Shown: positions 18,127-27,716 of the stretch, one piece after another
Position numbering within the stretch: position 1 is the first letter of the stretch
Layout: each line of letters starts with the position of its first letter
From: Alphaproteobacteria bacterium
GTDB taxonomy: Bacteria; Pseudomonadota; Alphaproteobacteria; RF32; CAG-239
DNA: 45,522 nucleotides
Direction: 5' to 3'
NCBI GenBank assembly: GCA_017621635.1
Contig: JAGASU010000027.1
Location: forward strand, 1-45,522
Program-made: the position numbers and the translations under genes
Notes under the pieces: generated by a model
What the model was told of the DNA's origin: nothing
Databases searched by the model: none
What the model saw: only the letters and a program-made list of their open reading frames with translations

Positions 18127-19458
18127 TTACAAATACTTATATCTATTCCGATATTTCAAAATAAGCGTAACACTGACAGACAACGCAATCACTTCTGCCA
18201 CAATAATCGAACTCCAAATTCCGTTTAAACCGAAGAAAATCGGCAAAATCATCACGCACCCGCATTCGCAGACAAGTGTCCTCGTCACAGAAATAACCGC
18301 CGACACAATCCCGTTGTTTAATGCCGTAAAAAATGCCGAAGCATAAATATTAAACCCTGCCAGCAAAAACGATATTGCATAAATTCTAAAGCCGTAAGTC
18401 GTCATATTCAAAAGATTTTCATCAAAACCGACAAAAATTCTTGCCAACAATCGTGCCGAAAGCTCCGCAAGCAAAGTTAACACAACCGCTGAGACACCGA
18501 TAAAAATAACATTTTTCTTAAACAAGCTTTGCAATTCCCGCCAATCCTTAGCTCCAAAATGATAGCTGACAATCGGATTGCTGCCGATAGAATAACCGAT
18601 AAACACTGATAAAAAGATAAAGTTAACATAAGAAATCACCCCAAACGCAACAACGCCGTTTTCCCCATTTATCCGTAAAAGCTGATAATTATACAAGATA
18701 TTCACAATAGAAACAGAGATCTGCCCTAAAAACTCACTCAAACCGTTTGTGCAAGATTTAAACAAGGCCTTTCCGTAAAACTTTGTTTTAACTAACCGTA
18801 AAGGAGAAGTATTCGGGCAAGCAAAATATAATAAAGGTATCACACCACCAATTATTTCCCCAATAACAGTTGCCCACGCAGCCCCGACGACACCCCACTC
18901 AAAATAAACAATGAATAATGCATCCAACGCCATATTAACCAAACCGGCAGATATGGTAATAAACATCCCGAGTTTTGGTCTTTCCGCCGTTATCATAAAA
19001 CCTTGAAACATAAACTGCAGCATAAAAACCGGAATAAATAACAGCAAAATGCGTCCATACAAAAGGGACTGCACCATAAGCTCTCCCTCAACGCCAAACA
19101 CCGCTAACACCGGCTCCAGCGCCACCAAGGCAATAACAGACACAACCACACCGAAAATAACACTTGCATATACCAACATAGAGAATATCTGATTAGCCAT
19201 AAACCGATTTTTCTCACCCAACGTTTTTGCAATCAGCGCACTACCACCGGTTGAAAACATAAACCCAACCGCAGCCAAAATCATCAAAAACGGAAACACG
19301 ATATTAACCGCAGCAAACGGTGTCGCACCCACATAATTAGAAACAAAAACCCCATCAACAATACTGTAGATAGATGTAAAAATCATCATTAAAATAGACG
19401 GCGCCGTAAACCTCAACAACTTCGCAAACGTAAAATGTTCCGAAAGTTTAATCTCCAT
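18127..19458 (-). CDS. MATE family efflux transporter
   Basis: About 12 TM helices; YSIVDGVFVSN, NMALDALFI and GVVGAAWAT motifs. Confidence 0.92.
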   Translation of the reverse strand: MEIKLSEHFTFAKLLRFTAPSILMMIFTSIYSIVDGVFVSNYVGATPFAAVNIVFPFLMILAAVGFMFSTGGSALIAKTLGEKNRFMANQIFSMLVYASVIFGVVVSVIALVALEPVLAVFGVEGELMVQSLLYGRILLLFIPVFMLQFMFQGFMITAERPKLGMFITISAGLVNMALDALFIVYFEWGVVGAAWATVIGEIIGGVIPLLYFACPNTSPLRLVKTKFYGKALFKSCTNGLSEFLGQISVSIVNILYNYQLLRINGENGVVAFGVISYVNFIFLSVFIGYSIGSNPIVSYHFGAKDWRELQSLFKKNVIFIGVSAVVLTLLAELSARLLARIFVGFDENLLNMTTYGFRIYAISFLLAGFNIYASAFFTALNNGIVSAVISVTRTLVCECGCVMILPIFFGLNGIWSSIIVAEVIALSVSVTLILKYRNRYKYL

Positions 19459-19663
19459 ATCTCACCTGTAATACAATTAATCTCGTCATTTCCTAAATAA
19501 GCAATTTATCTAAAATAAAAACAAAAGTCAAAAAATCAAATAACCTTATTATATAATCATCCCGCCCAATATAAAATAATTCCTTTCAATATGACTTTAT
19601 TAAACAAATTTTAATAATATTTTACTATCAACATCACACGAAAAAGCACCTAAAGGCAAAACA

Positions 19664-20005
19664 ATGAAAAGCATATACCCCGTCATCCTTCTGATAATTT
19701 CTAACATATTTATGACCTTCGCATGGTACGGACACTTGCGTTTCAAATCATACAGCCTTTGGATTGTTATTTTATCAAGCTGGCTTATCGCCTTTTTTGA
19801 ATATTGTTTTCAAGTCCCCGCAAACCGTATCGGACACGAATTTTATACCGCAACCCAGCTTAAGGTAATGCAGGAAATCATTACTTTAACAATCTTTGTC
19901 TTCTTCTCCGTTTGGTACTTAAAAGAAGACTTCCGCTGGAATTACGCCGTCGGCTTCGCCCTAATCCTGCTGGCCGTCTTTTTTGTTTTTAAAAAATGGG
20001 ATTAA
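19664..20005 (+). CDS. DMT family small membrane protein (DUF486)
   Basis: SNIFMTFAWYGHL, AFFEYCFQVPANRIG and QLKVMQE signature. Confidence 0.88.
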   Translation: MKSIYPVILLIISNIFMTFAWYGHLRFKSYSLWIVILSSWLIAFFEYCFQVPANRIGHEFYTATQLKVMQEIITLTIFVFFSVWYLKEDFRWNYAVGFALILLAVFFVFKKWD

Positions 20006-20061
20006 AATATCAATAACTTCTTCTTACAAAAAAACGCCCCCAAAGGAGCGCTTTAAAAAAT

Positions 20062-20148
20062 TGGTGCGCTAGGCCGGAATCGAACCGGCACGGGATTGCT
20101 CCCAACAGATTTTAAGTCTGCAGCGTCTACCTGTTCCGCCACAAGCGC
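20062..20148 (-). tRNA. tRNA-Leu(TAA)
   Basis: Reverse complement GCGCTTGTGGCGGAACAGGTAGACGCTGCAGACTTAAAATCTGTTGGGAGCAATCCCGTGCCGGTTCGATTCCGGCCTAGCGCACCA; long variable arm; CCA encoded. Confidence 0.95.
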
Positions 20149-20322
20149 TTATCACCAACAACAAGCTTTATACAAACAAAAAAAAATAATTGCAACATAA
20201 AACTTGTATTTTTTTCACTTTCCGCTAAACTTCTTTTGTTTTAAGCATACAGCGTATGCTTTGGTGTAACATCGTATGCGGCAGAAACAGCGTTTCGGCA
20301 TACATTTTTGAAAGATATTTAT

Positions 20323-21123
20323 ATGAAACCTATCAACAAAAAGCTTCAATCTACCAAGAACAAGCTAAGCGAAGTCCCCTTTCGCAAGCTTATTCCGAAT
20401 ATTGTAACAATGTTAGCGCTTTGCTCCGGCATCACCTCAATCCGCTATTCTATGCAGGAAAACTGGGAAAAAGCGGTAATATTTATTTTTTTGGCCGCTT
20501 TGTTTGACGGCTTAGACGGTCGTGTTGCCCGTATGCTCAAAGCCTCATCAAAATTCGGCGCTGAACTCGATTCTCTGAGCGATTTCGTCAGCTTCGGCGT
20601 TGCACCTGCTATTTTAATGTTTCAATGGTGCTTGTTTGATTTACCCAAAATCGGCTGGTTTTTCTGCCTTCTTTTTGCAATGGGAATGGCTATGCGTCTG
20701 GCGCGCTTTAATACAATGCTTGAAGATGACACGATTCCGCCCTATTGGTCACATTATTTCACCGGTGTTCCGGCTCCGGCCGCCGCCGCAATGGTAATTA
20801 TGCCCATTTTAATAAGCTTTGACTGTAAAGAAGCTCTGCCTTATATGCGCACACACCTGTTCTGCGGTGTGTGGATGTGCATTGTATCATATCTTGAAAC
20901 CAGCCGTATCCCGACAATTTCGCTCAAAAAAGCCAAAGTTCACCCCTCAATGATAGTCCCGCTGTTGTTGATAGTAGCCCTGCTTGCAAACTTTTTATTC
21001 ACGCAAACATGGCTCACTCTGGGCGTTTTAACCGGCTTATATGCTTTGTCGATTCCATACGGCATTATCCGCTTCTTGCAAGATAAGCACGCGTATGAAA
21101 AAGAGTTCAATAAAGCAAATTAA
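20323..21123 (+). CDS. pssA: CDP-diacylglycerol--serine O-phosphatidyltransferase
   Basis: CDP-alcohol phosphotransferase motif DGLDGRVAR...FGAELDSLSDFVSFGVAPA; RLARFN; FTGVPAP. Confidence 0.88.
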   Translation: MKPINKKLQSTKNKLSEVPFRKLIPNIVTMLALCSGITSIRYSMQENWEKAVIFIFLAALFDGLDGRVARMLKASSKFGAELDSLSDFVSFGVAPAILMFQWCLFDLPKIGWFFCLLFAMGMAMRLARFNTMLEDDTIPPYWSHYFTGVPAPAAAAMVIMPILISFDCKEALPYMRTHLFCGVWMCIVSYLETSRIPTISLKKAKVHPSMIVPLLLIVALLANFLFTQTWLTLGVLTGLYALSIPYGIIRFLQDKHAYEKEFNKAN

Positions 21124-21127
21124 ACAT

Positions 21128-21155
21128 AAAAGGGGAGTAAAAACCTCCCCTTTTT
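21128..21155 (+). terminator. Intrinsic terminator after pssA
   Basis: AAAAGGGGAG...CTCCCTTTTT hairpin. Confidence 0.7.
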
Positions 21156-21200
21156 CAAAAACTTCTTGCTTTTTAAAATAACAAGCGTATAAAAACTTAC

Positions 21201-21230
21201 GCTAAACAGCACCCCTGGAGGCTGTTTGGC
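21201..21230 (+). promoter_or_regulatory. rplY 5' leader hairpin
   Basis: GCTAAACAGC-acccctggag-GCTGTTTGGC stem-loop between the promoter-like region and the RBS of rplY. Confidence 0.5.
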
Positions 21231-21263
21231 TGTTTAATTTAACAAAAACAAAAGGATAAAACA

Positions 21264-21554
21264 ATGTCAGAAATTACATTTAACGCAAATTTGCGCGAAA
21301 ATGCAGGTAAGGGGGCAGCTCGTGCGTGTCGTAGAGAGGGCCGTATTCCTGCAGTTATTTATGGCGGCAAAAAAGACGCTGTAAACATCAGTCTTCATCC
21401 GGTTGAGCTTGAAAAAGCTTTGGATATGGCAGACTTCTACAAATCTGTTATCACCGTTTCCGTAAACGGCAAAAATGAAAAAGTAATCTGCAAGGATGTT
21501 CAATTCCATCCGGTATCAGATATGCCGATTCACGTTGACTTCTTACGCAAATAA
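21264..21554 (+). CDS. rplY: 50S ribosomal protein L25 (short, single-domain form)
   Basis: GKGAARACRREGRIPAVIYG...DVQFHPV..PIHVDF; upstream of pth. Confidence 0.95.
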   Translation: MSEITFNANLRENAGKGAARACRREGRIPAVIYGGKKDAVNISLHPVELEKALDMADFYKSVITVSVNGKNEKVICKDVQFHPVSDMPIHVDFLRK

Positions 21555-21563
21555 GAGGATAAA

Positions 21564-22136
21564 ATGTTTTTAGTGGCAGGACTTGGAAATCCCGGAGAGG
21601 AATATGCAAAAACCCGCCACAACATAGGTTTTATGGCGGCTGATGAGATTCACAGCCGCTATAACTTTACCCCCTTCAAGGCAAAGTTTGAAGGTTTGCT
21701 TGCTGAAGGAACAATTGACGGCGAGAAAGTTTTGCTCCTCAAACCGCAAACATTTATGAATCTATCAGGTCAATCCGTTGGCAAAGTTGCTAATTTTTAC
21801 AAAATTCCGCCGCAAAATATTATCGTTATTCACGATGACAAAGACCTTGCACTTGGCAAACTTAAAGCCAAAATCGGCGGTTCCGCCGGCGGACATAACG
21901 GTTTAAAAAATATCGATTCGCAAATCGGTCAGGAATACAACCGTATTCGTATTGGCGTTGGCTCCCCAAAAGAACACAACACCGACACCGTAAATTTTGT
22001 GCTTTCCCGATTCTCTAAAGCTGAAATGGACATTTTACAAGAAAGACTGGACTTTATTGCCGCCACAGTGGGCGAGCTAATCAAAAAAGGCATCGCACAA
22101 TATTCTAATCTTATAGGTCAGCACAATCAAAAGTAG
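21564..22136 (+). CDS. pth: Peptidyl-tRNA hydrolase
   Basis: GLGNPG, TRHNIGF, KPQTFMNLSG and GGHNGLK motifs. Confidence 0.97.
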   Translation: MFLVAGLGNPGEEYAKTRHNIGFMAADEIHSRYNFTPFKAKFEGLLAEGTIDGEKVLLLKPQTFMNLSGQSVGKVANFYKIPPQNIIVIHDDKDLALGKLKAKIGGSAGGHNGLKNIDSQIGQEYNRIRIGVGSPKEHNTDTVNFVLSRFSKAEMDILQERLDFIAATVGELIKKGIAQYSNLIGQHNQK

Positions 22137-22235
22137 GCTCAAGCACATTTTTTTATTGCATTTTTCTATTGCAAAACAAACATATCTCTAGTATAACCGC
22201 CACATAATAAAAACAATTCTTAAAGGAGCTTTCAA

Positions 22236-23348
22236 ATGGGATTTAATTGTGGCATTGTTGGTCTTCCAAACGTTGGCAAATCCACACTTTTTAACGCTTT
22301 AACCCAAACTATCGCCGCGCAGGCGGCAAACTTTCCGTTCTGCACGATTGAGCCGAACACCGGACGCGTCGCCGTACCGGACAAACGTTTGCAGGAATTA
22401 GCAGATATTGTCCACCCGAAAAACATTGTTCCGACACAATTAGAGTTCGTTGATATTGCAGGCCTTGTAAAGGGAGCGTCCAAAGGTGAGGGCTTGGGAA
22501 ACCAATTTTTAGCCAACATCCGTGAAACTGACGCGATAATTCACGTTCTCCGCTGTTTTGAAGATGGCAATATTACGCACGTTGAAGGCTCGGTAGACCC
22601 GATTCGCGATGCTGAAATTGTTGAAACCGAACTGATGATTGCCGACCTTGAATCTCTGGAAAAACGCTTTGAACAAACCAAGAAGAAAGCCCAGACCGGT
22701 GGAGATAAAGAAGCGGCCGTTCGCGCCCGTGTGATGGAGCCGATTATTAACGCCTTACGCGAGGGCAAGCCGGCTCGCACCGCCGCTCCGTCAGAAGCAG
22801 ACAAAGACGCTTATAAACAATATCAGATGATGCAACTTTTAACTTCCAAACCGGTTTTATACGTCTGCAATGTAGATGAAGAAAGCGCAGCAACCGGCAA
22901 CGAATTTTCTAAACGTGTGTTTGAAAAAGCAGCAAAAGAAAACGCCAAAGCCGTCATTATCTCCGCCGCTATCGAGTCTGAAGTGGCACAACTGGATAGT
23001 GAAGAAGAAAAGCAGGAATTTCTTTCCGCCTTAGGGCTGGAAGAAACCGGTCTTACCAAAATCATCAAAGCAGGCTACGCTCTTTTAGGGCTGGAAACTT
23101 ATTTCACCGCCGGCCCGAAAGAAGTTCGCGCGTGGACATTCCTCAAAGGCTCAAAAGCCCCACAATGCGCCGGCATTATTCACTCTGACTTTGAACGCGG
23201 TTTTATTCGCGCCGAAACCATCGCTTATGATGATTACATCAAATATAACGGCGAGCAAGGCTGCAAAGAAGCCGGCAAAATGCGCTCCGAAGGTAAAGAA
23301 TATGTCGTAAAAGACGGTGACCTGCTAAATTTCCTATTTAATGTATAA
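22236..23348 (+). CDS. ychF: Redox-regulated ribosome-binding ATPase YchF
   Basis: GLPNVGKST, FCTIEPN, DIAGLVKGAS and TGS domain. Confidence 0.97.
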   Translation: MGFNCGIVGLPNVGKSTLFNALTQTIAAQAANFPFCTIEPNTGRVAVPDKRLQELADIVHPKNIVPTQLEFVDIAGLVKGASKGEGLGNQFLANIRETDAIIHVLRCFEDGNITHVEGSVDPIRDAEIVETELMIADLESLEKRFEQTKKKAQTGGDKEAAVRARVMEPIINALREGKPARTAAPSEADKDAYKQYQMMQLLTSKPVLYVCNVDEESAATGNEFSKRVFEKAAKENAKAVIISAAIESEVAQLDSEEEKQEFLSALGLEETGLTKIIKAGYALLGLETYFTAGPKEVRAWTFLKGSKAPQCAGIIHSDFERGFIRAETIAYDDYIKYNGEQGCKEAGKMRSEGKEYVVKDGDLLNFLFNV

Positions 23349-23351
23349 CAT

Positions 23352-23377
23352 AAAGGCGGGGCTTCCCGCCTTTTTTC
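23352..23377 (+). terminator. Intrinsic terminator after ychF
   Basis: AAAGGCGGG-gctt-CCCGCCTTTTTT. Confidence 0.85.
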
Positions 23378-23459
23378 ATAAAAATCTTGCAATTTAAACA
23401 CATTACGGCTAGACTGCTCCTAAATCAAAATCATTATGTCTAACTAAATTTTTATAATT

Positions 23460-23864
23460 ATGAGCCAATTTTTAGAATTTGCCAAACGGCATTTTGCCGA
23501 AAAGCTCGGCGTTTCCGCAGAAGAAGTGGAAAAATGGTACGATTTCGTAAATAAAAACTTTTCTATTTCCATTACAAGCAGTAAATTTATGCATCCGGAT
23601 GCCCCCGAAACGTTTTCTGCCCGCCTGGTCTACTTCGATGAAGATGACGATTACGGAACAATGGAATATCTGGCTGGTTTCCAAACATCGACCGGACAGT
23701 ATGAATTTAACACGCCGGAAGAAGCTCTGAATATCGCCCTGCAAAAGGTTAACAGTATCGAATTTACCCGCTTCTTCAAAATCCCGTCTAAGGCCTTAAT
23801 TCTGTTTGACACAAAGCAGAAAAAAGAACATATGTTGGAATACAGTTCTTATTTCAAACATTAA
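23460..23864 (+). CDS. Hypothetical protein
   Basis: 134-aa ORF with its own promoter-like region and a downstream terminator (AAAAGCAGGA...TCCTGCTTTTT). Confidence 0.7.
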   Translation: MSQFLEFAKRHFAEKLGVSAEEVEKWYDFVNKNFSISITSSKFMHPDAPETFSARLVYFDEDDDYGTMEYLAGFQTSTGQYEFNTPEEALNIALQKVNSIEFTRFFKIPSKALILFDTKQKKEHMLEYSSYFKH

Positions 23865-24125
23865 CCATCAAAAGCAGGAAAATTCTCCTGCTTTTTTTAT
23901 ATCAAAATATAAATATATTTAATAGCATACAAAATTTCCCCTGATTCTCTCTAAAAAACCAAAAAATGACATAAAAGCAGAACCTTTTTAAAATTTTAAT
24001 CAAAAAAGTTACTTATATTTAATATTTATCATCGTATGAATAAGAGTATACGAATGAAGTTCATTGTAAAAAAAATTATTATACAAACAAAAACATCTTA
24101 AAAACAGATTTAAGGATCCAAATTA

Positions 24126-24869
24126 ATGAAAAAAATTACTTTAGCAATTTGCATATTCTCAACAATTACCAGCATCACGGCCTATGCACAAAACGTTAAC
24201 AACATTCCTGAATATCTTGATTACAAAGGAACCCGCTACGTCCCGATTTCAACATCAACAAACAAATCTCAAAATTTTCAACTTTCAAAAGAAGCCACCG
24301 CTTCTCACACCGTCTATAACCAATACAACAGTTACATACAATCGCCCAAATTTGGTTTCAAACCATACATCGGTGCAGACATAAATTATGCAATGGTCAA
24401 ATATAACAATTCCGATCCATACAGCAGATTAAACAATGATAAATATTATTCTTACACCTTAACTGCCGGCGCCAGATTTAACCGTTATTTAGGCGTAGAA
24501 TTATTTATGGAACAATCTGATGAAAAGAGCAATTCGGAAAAATTAGCCAAAGATTTTAGCGTAACCTATAAAACCAAATACAATGCTTATGGTATTGATT
24601 TCATTGGTTATCTTCCTCTTGTTCAAAATCTGGAGCTACTGGCCGCATTAGGTTTCGGAGAATATAACTTTGATCTAAATGTCAGCAGTCCGGCTCAGGT
24701 TGCATTAAAACAAATTGAAAGTACGGCTTGGCGTGTTGGTGGTGGTATACAGTATAACTTTAACCAACATTTCGCTCTGCGTACCATGGCAAGATATGTC
24801 CTCTTAAACGAAAGTTTTGCCATGAAAAATATGCTGGAAGTTTCACTTGGTATAAGATGTTCATTCTAG
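24126..24869 (+). CDS. Outer-membrane beta-barrel protein (OmpA/Omp25-like 8-stranded)
   Basis: Signal peptide (AYA), amphipathic strands (KPYIGAD, GARFNRYLGVE, GGGIQYNF) and C-terminal Phe. Confidence 0.82.
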   Translation: MKKITLAICIFSTITSITAYAQNVNNIPEYLDYKGTRYVPISTSTNKSQNFQLSKEATASHTVYNQYNSYIQSPKFGFKPYIGADINYAMVKYNNSDPYSRLNNDKYYSYTLTAGARFNRYLGVELFMEQSDEKSNSEKLAKDFSVTYKTKYNAYGIDFIGYLPLVQNLELLAALGFGEYNFDLNVSSPAQVALKQIESTAWRVGGGIQYNFNQHFALRTMARYVLLNESFAMKNMLEVSLGIRCSF

Positions 24870-24907
24870 ACCCCACATCAATCTTTATCCGGTTATTCAA
24901 ATAACAA

Positions 24908-24933
24908 TAAAGCGGGAGAAACCTCCCGCTTTA
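24908..24933. terminator. Terminator between convergent OMP and trxB
   Basis: TAAAGCGGGAG-aaac-CTCCCGCTTTA. Confidence 0.8.
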
Positions 24934-24951
24934 TCTCTAGTCAAGCCAAAC

Positions 24952-25887
24952 CTATTCAACATCTAAATATTCAATTGCATCCATCGCCGCTTTTGCCCCG
25001 CTGCCGGCAGAAATAACCGCCTGCTTATATTTCGGGTCTTTCACGTCTCCGGCTGCAAACACGCCTTCAATATCCGTTTGCGAACAGTTTTCATGCGTAA
25101 CAATATATCCCTTGCTGTCCAAAACCAAATTACCTTTAAAAATCTCGGTGTTAGGCTGGTGTCCGACTGCAACAAAAATACCATCAGCCTGCAATTCTTT
25201 GACAACATCGCTTTCCACATTTCTAATTTTAAGCCCCGTTACCTTCCGCGGCTCATCTTCACCCAAAATTTCTTCAACAACGCTGTCCCATTCAATCGTA
25301 ATCTTGCGGTTATTAAAAATCTTATCCTGCAAAATCTTATCTGCCCGCAACTGATGGCGCCGGTGTACTAAAATAACCTTATCGGCAAGCGTTGCCAAAT
25401 AAAGTGCTTCCGCCGCCGCGGAATTACCGCCGCCGATAACCGCAACCGTCCGCCCGCGATAAAAGAAACCGTCGCACGTCGCACACGCGGAAACCCCGTA
25501 ACCTAAAAATTTCTTTTCCGAAGCAATATTAAGCCATTTTGCCGAAGAACCTGTTGCCACAATAACCGCTCTTGCCTTGTAAGAATGTCCGTTTTCCGAA
25601 CTGCAAACAAACGGTCTGTGTGCAAAATCAACCTCCACAATGTTATCGTTAACAAACGAAACCCCGAGTTTCAACGCCTGTTGTTTCATCTTGTCCATCA
25701 GCTCATACCCGCTGATTTCTTCAAACCCCGGATAATTTTCAATACTGTTGGTCATCGTCAGCTGTCCGCCTTCCTGATTGCCTGAAACAATCATCGTATT
25801 AAGGCCGGCTCTCGCCGCATAAATTCCTGCCGTGTATCCGGCAGGTCCGGACCCTAAAATCAACAAATCGGCCGTATATAGTGCCAT
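24952..25887 (-). CDS. trxB: Thioredoxin reductase
   Basis: GSGPAG, CATCDG, GGGNSA and FAAGDV motifs. Confidence 0.97.
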   Translation of the reverse strand: MALYTADLLILGSGPAGYTAGIYAARAGLNTMIVSGNQEGGQLTMTNSIENYPGFEEISGYELMDKMKQQALKLGVSFVNDNIVEVDFAHRPFVCSSENGHSYKARAVIVATGSSAKWLNIASEKKFLGYGVSACATCDGFFYRGRTVAVIGGGNSAAAEALYLATLADKVILVHRRHQLRADKILQDKIFNNRKITIEWDSVVEEILGEDEPRKVTGLKIRNVESDVVKELQADGIFVAVGHQPNTEIFKGNLVLDSKGYIVTHENCSQTDIEGVFAAGDVKDPKYKQAVISAGSGAKAAMDAIEYLDVE

Positions 25888-25896
25888 AATCTTCTC

Positions 25897-26577
25897 CTAA
25901 TTTAATAGTTTCAACGTATTTTCGCGCAATTTTTTAACACGAAGAGCTTTTTCTCCCTCTCCCGATAACTCATAAACAGCAGAAAGTTTGCTCAAAATAT
26001 CAAGCGTATCCTGATATTTCATATAAAAGCTTTCATCTTGTGCCATAACTTCAGCCAGAGCTTTCTCCAAAAACTTGGCTTTAACCGCTAATTCTCCGGC
26101 ATTTTGTGCCAAAAGCACATAAGCGGCAAATTTTTCCTCCTTAGTATGATTTTCAGCCCAGGTTTCCTCAACCTTAACCAAAGCCTCCTCGTCACCTAAA
26201 TAATAATAAATATCTTTCAAAATGAGTAACACGCGATTCTTTTCTTCAACGCTTTTAGCATAAAGCAAAGCCTGATTGTAATATGTCGCCGCAAGAAAGT
26301 ATCGCTGATTATCTTGTTTTTGTAAAGCGTCTTCATAATAAATATCGCCAAGTTTTATATTAACCCAATACAACACAGACATAACCTGCTGCGAATAAAC
26401 CTCGCTCGACTGCAAAAATTTCATAAAATAACGCAAAATTGCCCCATATTGAACGATTTTAGCCTCGTTATTCAAAAAAGACTCACGTTCCTGCACCATT
26501 TTATAAAGATACAAAAAATGGTTTTCGGGACTGTCAGCTTTAGTCGCCGCCACCTTTAACATTTCAGGCTCCGCCAA
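25897..26577 (-). CDS. Hypothetical helical (TPR-like) protein
   Basis: 226 aa; KLGDIYY..A..YYNQAL TPR-like pattern; sits in an operon with its neighbours. Confidence 0.65.
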   Translation of the reverse strand: MAEPEMLKVAATKADSPENHFLYLYKMVQERESFLNNEAKIVQYGAILRYFMKFLQSSEVYSQQVMSVLYWVNIKLGDIYYEDALQKQDNQRYFLAATYYNQALLYAKSVEEKNRVLLILKDIYYYLGDEEALVKVEETWAENHTKEEKFAAYVLLAQNAGELAVKAKFLEKALAEVMAQDESFYMKYQDTLDILSKLSAVYELSGEGEKALRVKKLRENTLKLLN

Positions 26578-26580
26578 AAA

Positions 26581-26856
26581 CTATAAAATGCCGCCCGTGT
26601 TCAAACAATAATCTTCATTGTTAAGTTGATACTTTTTATGAACCGGACAATCCTGACACAAACAACCACGGTTTTCATGAATACAATTGCTTTTTTCAAA
26701 CGCGCAAAACATCAGCTCCATATGCGCCGTATCATTAATATGTGACATATCAAGCGCAATCTCATCGCTGTTCTTCATCTTGCAATGCGTGGTATAAGAA
26801 GGACAGCCCAAACATAAACACGACTTAGCGTTATCAATCGTTTTTTCTACATGCAT
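26581..26856 (-). CDS. DUF2769-like cysteine-rich protein
   Basis: CxCxxCPSY...FC...S.CI....GCxCxxCPV...Y.L...YC pattern; ATG 26856 follows GAGGAG. Confidence 0.72.
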   Translation of the reverse strand: MHVEKTIDNAKSCLCLGCPSYTTHCKMKNSDEIALDMSHINDTAHMELMFCAFEKSNCIHENRGCLCQDCPVHKKYQLNNEDYCLNTGGIL

Positions 26857-26944
26857 ATTTTTTCTCCTCAAAAGTGTTTTTACTTAAAACAAAATATGCC
26901 TGCTCCTCTCTCAAAACAATTCCCCCTCTCCCTAGATTTACGTT

Positions 26945-27229
26945 TTATATCCGCACAAACCGCCCTTCTTTAACCGGCGGCAAACCATACCCTGCTTCCG
27001 GCAAAAAGGAAACCTTGTCAACTCTTGCAAACAAAGGCCCTTGATAACAAGATTGCACCATTTCATTAACAGCCCTGTCTTCACCGCTCATAAAAATTTC
27101 GACACTGCCGTCCGATTCGTTTCTGACCCAGCCCGAAACACCGCCGATTGCCGCAGCTTTCATAACGGCCCAGCGCCTGAAGCCTACCCGTTGAACCCGT
27201 CCTTCAATCTTTAAATAAACCTCTTTCAT
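26945..27229 (-). CDS. acyP: Acylphosphatase
   Basis: GRVQRVGFR, GWVRNESDGSVE and GP..ARV motifs. Confidence 0.93.
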   Translation of the reverse strand: MKEVYLKIEGRVQRVGFRRWAVMKAAAIGGVSGWVRNESDGSVEIFMSGEDRAVNEMVQSCYQGPLFARVDKVSFLPEAGYGLPPVKEGRFVRI

Positions 27230-27716
27230 AACCTGCTCTCTCTAATTCTTGCAACTTGTTTTTAATCTCACGTTGCCGGCTTTCCGCCTCCTCGGTCAGG
27301 CCCCATTTTTCTTGTTGGCAGATTTCTTCATAAAATGCCAGCTCAAAGGCCTCCGTAAGGCTGATTTTTCGCTCCACAGCCAAAACAGCAGCCAAAACAG
27401 ACCTCAGCTCCGTCGCAACCAAATATATATAAGCCGCTTTATCGCCACAACAAGTTTCAAAATATCGCAAAAAAGCTTTTTTTTGCTCTAAATTGGAACA
27501 AGGCACTTCCAACCCCTCCGTTATAACAAACGATGTCTCAAGAACCGTATTTGCCTCTGCAACCGCTTTTTTAATCCGCTCTTGCCAGTCATAAGGCATT
27601 TCTTCAGAAACAAACAATAAACTGTCGCACATAACAAAAGAACCGAGCTTGCTAACAAGCTCGTTCTTTTTTAGTAAAGCTTCCTCAAAAGCCTTGTTAA
27701 TTTGGCTGTTGGACAT
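27204..27716 (-). CDS. ATP12 F1-ATPase chaperone-like protein (N-terminally shortened)
   Basis: C-terminal SVLAAVLA...EAFELA..EE..QQEKWG..EEA resembles ATP12; syntenic with rarA-rluC-asmA. Confidence 0.62.
   Translation of the reverse strand: MSNSQINKAFEEALLKKNELVSKLGSFVMCDSLLFVSEEMPYDWQERIKKAVAEANTVLETSFVITEGLEVPCSNLEQKKAFLRYFETCCGDKAAYIYLVATELRSVLAAVLAVERKISLTEAFELAFYEEICQQEKWGLTEEAESRQREIKNKLQELERAGYERGLFKD

Noticed and set aside
19600-19614. TTAA-N7-TTAA CtrA-like box (another at 43591-43605)
   Set aside because: Lacks the terminal C of the consensus, is expected by chance in AT-rich DNA, and the downstream genes are not typical CtrA targets.
20062-20148. tRNA-Leu (and tRNA-His) as island integration sites
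   Set aside because: No duplicated 3' ends or integrases seen nearby.
23900-24125. Possible second invertible promoter upstream of the OMP gene
   Set aside because: Only a short imperfect hairpin (TCATCGTAT...ATACGAATGA); no pair of long IRs with the AAACGATC core.
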